A stretch of 51,974 nt of DNA from an uncultured Candidatus Melainabacteria bacterium. GTDB lineage: Bacteria; Cyanobacteriota; Vampirovibrionia; LMEP-6097. The stretch spans positions 1 through 51,974 of the forward strand of contig CAWUIS010000001.1 in the NCBI GenBank assembly GCA_963922625.1, read 5' to 3'. Made by a program: the position numbers and the translations under genes. Below, one piece after another: positions 27,707 to 36,087 of this stretch (position 1 is its first letter; each line of letters opens with the position of its first letter). Below the pieces are notes generated by a model. That model was given only the letters and a program-made list of their open reading frames with translations, was not told the DNA's origin and ran no database searches.

Positions 27707-28072
27707 ATGGAAAGAATTATCCAGCGACAATTACAACCAGGTGAAGAAGTGCATCATATTGACCATGACCATAGTAATAACAAAGACGAGAATTTATTTT
27801 TATGCACAAGTCAACAACACCACACCTACATACACAAACTTCTTAACCGTCTTACAACAGTGTTAATTAGAAAAGGTTTGATTAGCTTTAAACGAAGAAA
27901 AAATACTTATGAGCCTTCCAAAGAGTTAAGTGAAATCATGATGCAAAGGCAAATATTAGAAACTCATAAATCCAAAAGACTAGAAAGGGAAACTCGAGGG
28001 AAACTCGAGAACCCAACTATCACTGTCCCTGAAAGGCAACAAGTTCCAATCAGTAGTCTAGTAAAAGAATAA
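27707..28072 (+). CDS. HNH endonuclease (intact catalytic motif); coding frame extends 111 codons upstream of this ATG without a start codon
   Basis: EEVHHIDHDHSNNKDENLFLCTSQQHHTYIH = HNH motif; homology to the upstream paralog begins before the annotated ATG (PKRGYRG vs PQRGRNH). Confidence 0.72.
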   Translation: MERIIQRQLQPGEEVHHIDHDHSNNKDENLFLCTSQQHHTYIHKLLNRLTTVLIRKGLISFKRRKNTYEPSKELSEIMMQRQILETHKSKRLERETRGKLENPTITVPERQQVPISSLVKE

Positions 28073-28074
28073 AA

Positions 28075-28953
28075 TCAAACAGGCTCAATATGAATAGTAA
28101 CCTGGGCAGCACCAAATTTATGTTGCAGCCTAGCCTCAATTTCATGGCTCAAATCATGGGCTTCTGAAAGGGAATCAGTGGCAAACTGCACTTTTACCTC
28201 AAGGAAGTTATACTCATGGCCGCGGCGAGAACGAAAGCCATGAAAACCTACAACTTTATCTACAGACATAATAATGTCTCGAGCATCTTCTTCTTTGACC
28301 CAAACTTCATCTACTAAAATTGGCACTGTCTCCTGCAAAATATGAATACCACTACGGATGATGACAGCAGCAATCAATAAACCCAAAATTGGATCAAGCC
28401 AGTTATAACCTTTGGCTATAAAAAACACACTTGCAAGGATTGAAATAGTCACCAAAATATCCGAAAAAGTGTGAGCAGCATCCGCTTTCAAAAGTTGACT
28501 GTGATATTTTTCAGCAGCATTTTTTTCATAGAGCCAAACAAAAATATTTACCACTAAAGTGAAAGCTAATAAATAAATGGTTATAGGTTCAATATTAGGA
28601 AAATCACCAGGATGAAAGAGCCTAATTACAGATTTTTCTATCAACTCAAAGCTTGCAATCGCAAGAAAAGCAACAATAGCAAGTGCACCCAAGGTCTCAA
28701 ATTTTGAGTGCCCATAAGGATGGTCTTCATCTGCTGGCATATGAGCAAACTTGATCATAAACAAAGCAATAACGTTATTAAGAGAATCAATACCTGAATG
28801 AACCGCATCACCCAAAATACTCAAAGACATTGCCTTGAGCCCAATAAAAATCTTTACTGCAAAAACAATAAGATTTAAAACCAATATCCACTTGAGTATG
28901 GTTTTTACTTGTGGCTTTGCCTGTGATAAATTTGCTGGGCTTTCAAGATGCAT
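28075..28953 (-). CDS. cation diffusion facilitator family metal exporter
   Basis: Six TM helices, metal-site motifs GDAVHSGIDSLNN and ADAAHTFSD, C-terminal cytoplasmic domain; 292 aa. Confidence 0.88.
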   Translation of the reverse strand: MHLESPANLSQAKPQVKTILKWILVLNLIVFAVKIFIGLKAMSLSILGDAVHSGIDSLNNVIALFMIKFAHMPADEDHPYGHSKFETLGALAIVAFLAIASFELIEKSVIRLFHPGDFPNIEPITIYLLAFTLVVNIFVWLYEKNAAEKYHSQLLKADAAHTFSDILVTISILASVFFIAKGYNWLDPILGLLIAAVIIRSGIHILQETVPILVDEVWVKEEDARDIIMSVDKVVGFHGFRSRRGHEYNFLEVKVQFATDSLSEAHDLSHEIEARLQHKFGAAQVTIHIEPV

Positions 28954-28965
28954 GCCCTTCCACCT

Positions 28966-30444
28966 TTAACCAGAAATTCTTGATATCACTGCTGAAGCTA
29001 AATCTCTGAATATGCCCATACCAAAAATACCAAAGCCTAGCATCAAACTAACAGTAATGCCGGTACTAAAACCTAGACCAAGGCTAACAGGCTCTTCAAG
29101 ATTTTTAACAGCAGTTGAAGGTTCGTCTACCACCATGATTTTGACCAAGTAAATATAGTAGAAAAGAGCAATCACTGAACCTACCAAGCCTACAATTGCA
29201 AGCAAAGGACCATAGCTCAAACCAGAAGAGAAAGCCGAGTTGAATAAGTAAAACTTAGCGATAAAGGCAGCCGGTACAAAAGGTAAGCCAGCCAGATTAA
29301 TCAAACAAAGCGAGAAAGCAATAGTGATAAGTGGACGTTTTTGTATCAAACCAGCCAAATCATAAATATCATCACTATTTGTTGCAGACTCGAAATAGGT
29401 CGCACATAAAAATGATCCTGTATTCATCAAGGCATAAATAGTGAGGTAGAAAACCAAAGCCGATAAACTCTGTGGTTGCATGACAGCAAGGCCGATAAGA
29501 AGGTAGCCGGCTTGAGCAATTGAAGAATAAGCCAAAAGACGCTTAATAGAACCACGAGAAATCATCTGAATCATTCCTACGTAATTACCCACCACCACTG
29601 AAAGCATAGCGATAACAGCAAACAAAATAGAAACTATTTCATAGTTAAAGACAAGCGTGAACAATCTAATTGCAAGGCCTAAAGCAGCTGTTTTAGAAAC
29701 CACAGACAAAAATACTGTTGTAGTAATCGGGGCACCGTTATAAACATCAGGTGACCAGTTTTGAAAAGGAGCTGCAGCCAACTTAAAAGCGGTAGATCCA
29801 ACTAAACAAACAGCAATCAAAATCAAAAGCGGCGATGAGATTACATGCATGATATTAAGCTGATAGAGCCTTAAAGCAAGCTCATCAAAGTTCGTAAAGC
29901 CTGTTATACCGTAAAGGAAAGAAAGCCCTAAAAGCAAGATAGCAGTTGCAACTGCAGAATTTATGAGGTACTTAATGCCAGCCTCATTAGATTGTTGATT
30001 CAAACGAGCGTAAGCAGTAATCAAAATCGCGCTTAAACCTAGAGTCTCCAATGCCACAAAGAAAAAGAGAGTGTCATTAGCACCAACAAGCATACCGCCG
30101 CCTAAAGCAGCTGTCATGATAATCGGGTAGTACTCTGCTGGACTTTCAAGAACCGACAAATATTTTTGAGAGCCAAGAACAATTAAAGCGGTGACAGAGT
30201 ATATAAGGAACCTAAAGAAAAGTGATAGGCCGTCATTTACAAAAGAGTTATAAAAAATCGCCTGCCCTTCATCAGGGAAAAATTGCTTCAGACAAGCTAT
30301 AGCAGACAGAACCAGAAACACAACACCGATACCAGAGTTATGTTTTTTTGTTGAGTCAAACAAACTCATCATGATTGTAAGCAAAATGCCTAAAAGCAAA
30401 ATTGCTTCGGGGAGTAAAACCTTTGATATTAAAGACCAATCCAT
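28966..30444 (-). CDS. nuoN: NADH-quinone oxidoreductase subunit N / NdhB-type antiporter-like subunit
   Basis: 492-aa polytopic protein with the Mrp/NuoN pattern (..KLAAAPFQNWSPDVYNGAP..SIAQAGY..); no other complex I genes adjacent. Confidence 0.87.
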   Translation of the reverse strand: MDWSLISKVLLPEAILLLGILLTIMMSLFDSTKKHNSGIGVVFLVLSAIACLKQFFPDEGQAIFYNSFVNDGLSLFFRFLIYSVTALIVLGSQKYLSVLESPAEYYPIIMTAALGGGMLVGANDTLFFFVALETLGLSAILITAYARLNQQSNEAGIKYLINSAVATAILLLGLSFLYGITGFTNFDELALRLYQLNIMHVISSPLLILIAVCLVGSTAFKLAAAPFQNWSPDVYNGAPITTTVFLSVVSKTAALGLAIRLFTLVFNYEIVSILFAVIAMLSVVVGNYVGMIQMISRGSIKRLLAYSSIAQAGYLLIGLAVMQPQSLSALVFYLTIYALMNTGSFLCATYFESATNSDDIYDLAGLIQKRPLITIAFSLCLINLAGLPFVPAAFIAKFYLFNSAFSSGLSYGPLLAIVGLVGSVIALFYYIYLVKIMVVDEPSTAVKNLEEPVSLGLGFSTGITVSLMLGFGIFGMGIFRDLASAVISRISG

Positions 30445-30526
30445 AATTAAAGAGACTTAGTTCTTCTAAGCCAGACTATATTGTAGGATATGCTCTTGTG
30501 CAGGTCAAAAAGGACGAAAAAAAATA

Positions 30527-31624
30527 ATGATTAATGACCTGTTCTCGCTAAGTGCCTGGGCAAGTGGGCAAAATAATATCGAGAGTCTACTAGAAAATAC
30601 TCTCAATAGTCTTGAAAAAATCCCAAATTTCAAAAAAACCTGCTTTTGTATCATCAATAAAAATGAGCTTATTTTACAAGCAGGCTCAAAAGAAATAGAT
30701 CTAAGTCACTTATTCCAAATTTTCCAAAAAGCAAAGCCGATAAAAGCTATAGCTGAGGAAGCTTTTATTCTGCTGCCTGTTTTTATAAAAGAACAACTAG
30801 TAGCATTAATAATCATTGAAACCCAAAGTTCTTGTGATCTTGAGGCTCTTGATGATTTTGCAAAAATTTTCTCTAATACCCTTAGCCGTATTCATGAAAA
30901 GGAAGAGCTAGAGAACAGCTATAGAGAAACCTTAGAGCAAAATAGAATCAAAACCGAGCTACTGGCAACTATCTCTCACGAACTCAGAACACCTATGGCA
31001 AATATACTGGGCTTCAGTGAACTGCTCTCTATCAGAGACTTTAACCCTGTCAAACAAAAAGAATACCAAGAAGAAATTTATAAATCAGCACAAAGATTAT
31101 CAAATATGATCAATAACTTTTTAGATCTAGCGCGCATCGAAGATCAAACAGGACCTGCTTTAAGTTCATTTCAAAAAAGCAATATATGTGAGTTGATCGA
31201 TAAAGCTTGGGCGGCCATCAAGCATATTAACCAAGACTACCAACTCAAACTAGAATCTGAAAATGAGCCTGTTTATGCACAAGTAGATGCTGAAGCCATC
31301 ACAAGAGTTTTTATCAATCTTTTTAGCAATGCTATTAAATATGCAGCTGAAAGTAAAGAAATTTTATGTTCAATAAAAAATCGCAGGAATAATATTGAAA
31401 TCTGCGTAAAAGATTATGGCCGTGGTATAGATGCAGATGAATTAGAAAGCATCTTTAAGCGTTTTTACCGTTCCGAGAAAGCCAAAAACCATACAGTTCC
31501 TGGTACTGGTCTTGGCTTATGGATTTGTAAAGAAGTAATAGAAGCCCATCAGGGTAGAATATGGTGTGAAAGTGAGGTTAACAGTGGTAGTAGTTTTTGT
31601 TTTACTTTGCCTATCGGTAATTAG
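30527..31624 (+). CDS. sensor histidine kinase with N-terminal GAF-like domain (no cognate response regulator adjacent)
   Basis: H box SHELRTPMANILGFSELL, N box FINLFSNAIKYA, G boxes DYGRGI and GTGLGLWICKE. Confidence 0.9.
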   Translation: MINDLFSLSAWASGQNNIESLLENTLNSLEKIPNFKKTCFCIINKNELILQAGSKEIDLSHLFQIFQKAKPIKAIAEEAFILLPVFIKEQLVALIIIETQSSCDLEALDDFAKIFSNTLSRIHEKEELENSYRETLEQNRIKTELLATISHELRTPMANILGFSELLSIRDFNPVKQKEYQEEIYKSAQRLSNMINNFLDLARIEDQTGPALSSFQKSNICELIDKAWAAIKHINQDYQLKLESENEPVYAQVDAEAITRVFINLFSNAIKYAAESKEILCSIKNRRNNIEICVKDYGRGIDADELESIFKRFYRSEKAKNHTVPGTGLGLWICKEVIEAHQGRIWCESEVNSGSSFCFTLPIGN

Positions 31625-32063
31625 TCCAGTCTTTGCAGAAGAGATTGAAAAAAAGCCTGCTCAGGAAGAAACAGTCCAAGTTTTAAAGGAGAAAGTAGCT
31701 CCCAAAGCAGTTTTTTATGAACTTGTCAGCGACAATATAAAACCAGAGTCGGATGAATTTTATGTCAGCAGTATTTTTAAAATCAAAAACATACCGCGCG
31801 CTTTAATCAAAAGATCAACCAATAAAAGAGCTGGAGACTTATACGTCCACTTCAACGAATACGGCATTGGTGATGAAATTGGTGCAGATTATAAAATTGC
31901 TGATATCGATACTATTAGAAAAGAAATTATTATTCAACACACCAGCGAAAAAAACAAATTTTACGGACTTACGGTCAGCTATGGCAAAGCAAAGTCAAAG
32001 TTAGTACTCAAGCCAAACTACAAAGTCAAAGAAGAAGAACAACAACAAGAAGATGCCTCGTAA
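31566..32063 (+). CDS. secreted hypothetical protein (165 aa)
   Basis: GTG start gives a canonical signal peptide MKVRLTVVVVFVLLCLSVISPVFA/EE; overlaps the kinase 3' end by 59 nt and the next gene by 11 nt. Confidence 0.6.
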   Translation: MKVRLTVVVVFVLLCLSVISPVFAEEIEKKPAQEETVQVLKEKVAPKAVFYELVSDNIKPESDEFYVSSIFKIKNIPRALIKRSTNKRAGDLYVHFNEYGIGDEIGADYKIADIDTIRKEIIIQHTSEKNKFYGLTVSYGKAKSKLVLKPNYKVKEEEQQQEDAS

Positions 32064-33633
32064 GCCCCTTTTAATAGCTAGCTTTTTATTTTTTATTACA
32101 AGCACAAGCAGTTATGCAGCAAGCTTAGTTGGCATTTGCCGCAATACTAGTAAAGCTGCTAGCGAATGTTCTAGCTCCAGACTTTTTTTCCCAACCTACC
32201 CGGTATCAGGAGGAAGTGCTGAGTTTCTATACAAAATTGATCAAGGAAGCATTGGAGATATTGGTGAAAATCAAGCTAGAACTTTAGCCGAAAGCATGCT
32301 CACACTCTGGGAGGATGTTTCAAGCATTGATTTTGTCAGAAAAGGTAACGGTCTCCTAGACGAAGATATTGACTCTAATAATTTTATTCCTGTTCTTGAG
32401 CCAAGCACAACTTTAGGTTTTAGTGCTGTTGTTTGGGACGATGATGGTCAGATCACAGAAGAATTATTCGGTAGAGGATCTAGTGATAGTGTTTTGGGTT
32501 TTGCAGGACCTACTTTTCTCAACACCACAAGCAATACTATTGAAAGTATCGCTGAATCACAATCTGTCTTTAATGGCTTGTTGTTTCGTGGAGCAAATAC
32601 AGGAGATTCTCAAAGCCAGATTTTAAGCACTTTCCAGACAACCATTCTGCATGAGTTTGCTCATATGTTTGGTATTGATCACACCCAAGGTGGCAATATA
32701 GATGATTATAATAATTTTACTGGTGACTTGAAAGATATCCCTGTGATGTTTCCTGCTGCTGCAAACCCTGATGTTGGTTTATTGCAAGATGATATTGCTG
32801 CAGTCAAAATCGGTTACCCACTAAATACAGACTCAAACAATTTTGGCAGCATTAGCGGTAGTCTTAACCAATCAGGCGTCGCTGTAGAAGGAGCTAATGT
32901 TATAGCCTTTAAAATTGACGACGATAATCCTAGACTCAATGCAGTCGCTTCCCCTAGTGATGTTGATGGTCAAGGCTTTGGAAATTTTGAATTGCCTAGT
33001 TTATTGCCCGGTAATTATATTTTAAGAGCAGAAGCTATTGATTCAAGTTTTACAGGTGGCTCGGCTGTTGGTATACACAGCCCTATTAGCTCTAGTGCAA
33101 TCACCGAGGGCTTCTATAGCGGCGATAATTCTGCTGTTTTAGAAACAGACAATCTTACAAACGCTGCAGCTAATGCATTTGTCATTAGCGTTAGTGCTGG
33201 TTCTAACACTAATATAAATTTTGATCTTAATGCCAGTGCTACAAATGACAACAACAACGACAATGATTCTGATAACTCAAACAATGATAATGGTGATGAT
33301 ACTAGCTTTAGCATTAGTGGCGGCGCTTTTAACAATGTCATTTTTTTGAGAAACAAAAGAACTAGAAAAAGATTTCGCATAAACCGAGAAGGGCAGGGAC
33401 AGCGTAATATCAGCATTTCAAGTGACTATCCTGATTTAATAAGTTTTAGGCCTGGCGATACTGTAAGTTTTTCTAAAAAGAGACGCAGAATGCGCATAGT
33501 CTTAGAGAGCTTCAATGAGTTTCTAGAAACTTTCCCTAATCTTGAAGAAGATGGCGGAGTTGAGATTCCTATCACTTTCACTGACAATGATACAGGCTAT
33601 GTTGACAATGGCAATAGTATTTTTGTTTTTTAG
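32053..33633 (+). CDS. secreted metzincin-type zinc metalloprotease
   Basis: Signal peptide (..FFITSTSSYA/AS), HEFAHMFGIDH (HExxHxxGxxH) followed by a Met-turn candidate IPVMFP; D/N-rich linker NDNNNDNDSDNSNNDNGDD (33241-33300). Confidence 0.75.
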   Translation: MPRKPLLIASFLFFITSTSSYAASLVGICRNTSKAASECSSSRLFFPTYPVSGGSAEFLYKIDQGSIGDIGENQARTLAESMLTLWEDVSSIDFVRKGNGLLDEDIDSNNFIPVLEPSTTLGFSAVVWDDDGQITEELFGRGSSDSVLGFAGPTFLNTTSNTIESIAESQSVFNGLLFRGANTGDSQSQILSTFQTTILHEFAHMFGIDHTQGGNIDDYNNFTGDLKDIPVMFPAAANPDVGLLQDDIAAVKIGYPLNTDSNNFGSISGSLNQSGVAVEGANVIAFKIDDDNPRLNAVASPSDVDGQGFGNFELPSLLPGNYILRAEAIDSSFTGGSAVGIHSPISSSAITEGFYSGDNSAVLETDNLTNAAANAFVISVSAGSNTNINFDLNASATNDNNNDNDSDNSNNDNGDDTSFSISGGAFNNVIFLRNKRTRKRFRINREGQGQRNISISSDYPDLISFRPGDTVSFSKKRRRMRIVLESFNEFLETFPNLEEDGGVEIPITFTDNDTGYVDNGNSIFVF

Positions 33634-34652
33634 ATTTGTACCGCTTCAGCCCCTGTATTAGCTTTTAGAGTGTTTTGCCAACCTGCTTCAATTTGAGCAA
33701 TGACATTGTTGACCCAAACATAGCTACCATCAGGATATTTAGGAACAGGATCAACGCCATAAAATGGTGTTGCTTTGCCATCTCCATTACGGTCGATATT
33801 AGGATTAACCCAAGCCCAATCTTTAGAACGTTTGGCATCAGCACTTTCTCTTGAGGCTTTATTATCAACAAGAAAACGTGCTGGTCTACAAGCATCAAGT
33901 TTGTTATTACCTTTCTGTTTTAAAAGCTCAATTACATTTGGTGGATACTTACCTAGATTACCGATTCCTGGACTCCATCTCTCATACTCACCACCGAAAC
34001 AAGATTTGAGCTTGCGGTATAAATGACCAGGTATATAAGGTATCGTGACAAAGAAAAATGCCTTGAGTTTAGCGAAAAAGCTGAGATTATCGGGATGATG
34101 TGGATATTTTTTAAAGTCTTTATTCTCATCTTTTTTGAGATCTTCCATGCCCAGTACACCATCAACATATTGGGAAAGTACGGGATCATTATCAACGATA
34201 TACTGCAGCCTTTCTCCAAAATTACGAGTTGAAAGCACAATTTTGTGACCTTTATTATGCAAATACTCTAATAACTCTTTAGTACCAGGTCTGAGCACAT
34301 AACGTAGTTTTTTACCTGGGTTACGTTGATCTTGATAATCAAGAGTTCTGAGCTCCCTATCACCCAAACTCGCAATTTGTTGCTGAACTTTAGGATCTTC
34401 AGGATTATGTTTCTTCCAATCTGTTTCAGCCAAGGTCTCATCCATATCAAAGACAAGGACTTGATTATTTGGATCACCATAAAAAGGAATCTGTGCTCCT
34501 GGAATTGGAACTGGAGCATTAAGACCGCCAATAGATGCTGCAGCTGAAATATTATCCGGTCTTTGACTGGCAGCAGAAGCTTGCACAGGGCTAGTAATAC
34601 TAGGGGCCTGAGGCGCTTCTGGTTTTTTGCTGCCAAACAAAGTACTAAACAT
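33630..34652 (-). CDS. HAD-superfamily phosphatase, FCP1/NIF-like, with P/A/S-rich N-terminus
   Basis: LVFDMDETLAE (DxDxT), VLRPGTKELLEYLHNKGHKIVLSTRN; start set at ATG 34652 because a TTGCTATAATA promoter-like element (34694-34704) lies inside the longer ORF-track version (to 34775). Confidence 0.62.
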   Translation of the reverse strand: MFSTLFGSKKPEAPQAPSITSPVQASAASQRPDNISAAASIGGLNAPVPIPGAQIPFYGDPNNQVLVFDMDETLAETDWKKHNPEDPKVQQQIASLGDRELRTLDYQDQRNPGKKLRYVLRPGTKELLEYLHNKGHKIVLSTRNFGERLQYIVDNDPVLSQYVDGVLGMEDLKKDENKDFKKYPHHPDNLSFFAKLKAFFFVTIPYIPGHLYRKLKSCFGGEYERWSPGIGNLGKYPPNVIELLKQKGNNKLDACRPARFLVDNKASRESADAKRSKDWAWVNPNIDRNGDGKATPFYGVDPVPKYPDGSYVWVNNVIAQIEAGWQNTLKANTGAEAVQI

Positions 34653-34693
34653 TGATGCAAACTTATTGAGAATATAACTCAACAAGCAATAGG

Positions 34694-34704
34694 TATTATA
34701 GCAA
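34694..34704 (-). promoter_or_regulatory. extended -10-like promoter element TTGCTATAATA upstream of the HAD phosphatase gene
   Basis: Minus-strand TTGCTATAATA, one substitution from the TTGCTAGAATA 11-mer, 42 nt upstream of ATG 34652. Confidence 0.4.
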
Positions 34705-34756
34705 TACACAATTAAGAAATCAAGTGAATAGACTTCTTGTTGAAAAACTTCGTTTT

Positions 34757-35959
34757 TCAGGACACCCTTAACCAATTTAAGAGATTTAAGATCTTAATGC
34801 CGTCCTGGCTTGTACCAGAAAAATGCTTATCTAAGTGCAAAATATACTTAGGATGATTATCCTTGAGTTTAATAAGAGGCTTTAATTCTCTCTCTAATGT
34901 TTTCTCATCTGCAATGGAGTAGGCGATTTGAAAGTATAATTTCTCATCATTTTTACTAGCAATAAAATCTATTTCAAGATTATCTAATTTCCCTATGGTT
35001 ACTTCATAGGACCTTGATTTTAGTTCTAGAAAAACAATATTTTCAATATAATCGTTGATATCTTCTGGTCTATATTTTAGACTGGCATGCCTAAAACCCA
35101 AATCTGATAGAAAGTATTTCTCGTGAATTTCAAGTAATTTTTTTCCCTTCAAGTCATAACGTTGGACTTTGTGAATCAAATAAGCAGCCTGCAGAAACGA
35201 TAAATAGTTTTGAACAGTATCAACAGAAATTTTTATCTGCTGGGATTTCAGAAAATCAGTAATTGATTTTGCAGAAAAAGTACTGCCTATATTCTCAAAA
35301 ATAAAGAGATAAAGTTTCTCAAAGTTAGAATAATTTTGAATAGAATTTCTACGAACAATATCTTTTAGCAGAACTGTATTTAAGATAGCTTTGATATATG
35401 GATATACCACTGCCTGCTTCAACTCTAGGTTATGGATTCCGGGCATAGAGCCAAATCTTAAAAACCTATCGAATTCATTTTCCAAATCTAAAGCTTTTTC
35501 GCTAAGCAAGCGAAAGTCCAAAAACTCTTTGAAGCTTAGAGGAAAAACTTGAATTTCTATATAGCGTCCTGAAATAAAAGTCGCTAATTCTGAAGAAAGA
35601 AGCTGAGAATTCGAACCAGTAATAATTACTTCGATATCCTTTTTGACAAAAGATCTAACTGCTCTTTCCCATTCAAAGATCTCTTGAACTTCATCGATTA
35701 AAACAAAAACCTTCTTCTGCTCTTCCTGAACCTTTTTTACATACAGATTAAGATCTTTATAGTTCTTGATATCATCAAAATCCAAATCTTCTTTATCTAT
35801 ATAAATCACCTGATTATCTGTACTCGCTTCTAGTACAGATTTAACCTGCTGTAACAAAAAAGTTTTGCCACTTCTACGCATACCTGTGATAATTTTGACC
35901 ACAGGACTAAAAAGAAACTGCTTTAGTTGATCAAGATAGATCGACCTTTTTACAATCAC
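34757..35959 (-). CDS. AAA_14/DUF4143-type ATPase (second subfamily)
   Basis: Walker A GMRRSGKTF, Walker B VLIDEVQ, HTH-like SITDFLKSQQIKISVDTVQNYLSFL, C-terminal LEIDFIA..YFQIAYS..ERELKPL; GTG start; low GC (18/60 in line 35221-35280). Confidence 0.82.
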   Translation of the reverse strand: MIVKRSIYLDQLKQFLFSPVVKIITGMRRSGKTFLLQQVKSVLEASTDNQVIYIDKEDLDFDDIKNYKDLNLYVKKVQEEQKKVFVLIDEVQEIFEWERAVRSFVKKDIEVIITGSNSQLLSSELATFISGRYIEIQVFPLSFKEFLDFRLLSEKALDLENEFDRFLRFGSMPGIHNLELKQAVVYPYIKAILNTVLLKDIVRRNSIQNYSNFEKLYLFIFENIGSTFSAKSITDFLKSQQIKISVDTVQNYLSFLQAAYLIHKVQRYDLKGKKLLEIHEKYFLSDLGFRHASLKYRPEDINDYIENIVFLELKSRSYEVTIGKLDNLEIDFIASKNDEKLYFQIAYSIADEKTLERELKPLIKLKDNHPKYILHLDKHFSGTSQDGIKILNLLNWLRVS

Positions 35960-35979
35960 AAAAGTTTCGCCTCTAGACT

Positions 35980-36031
35980 AAACTTACCACAAAAGAGTAA
36001 AAAGTTTCACCTCTAGACTAAAGTTTTCAGA
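35980..36031. repeat. 52-bp direct repeat, copy A (leader of the ATPase gene; includes a 23-bp core also present at 35960-35982)
   Basis: AAACTTACCACAAAAGAGTAAAAAGTTTCACCTCTAGACTAAAGTTTTCAGA, identical to 37130-37181; imperfect homology extends to 35954. Confidence 0.95.
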
Positions 36032-36087
36032 GAGCATTAGAAACTGCCCACGGATGACCTAATCTTGCATGTGCTATTATCTTATAA

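Noticed and set aside
33665-34660. Several 69-130 aa ORFs in both strands overlapping the HAD phosphatase gene
   Set aside because: They are mutually exclusive with the 340-aa ORF that carries the DxDxT and second HAD motifs. Their compositions (C/L/I-rich) look non-coding.
34653-34775. N-terminal 41-codon extension of the HAD phosphatase ORF (ORF-track start 34775)
   Set aside because: The extension overlaps the 3' end of the ATPase gene, has a Y/C/L-rich odd composition, and contains the TTGCTATAATA promoter-like element. ATG 34652 is preferred.
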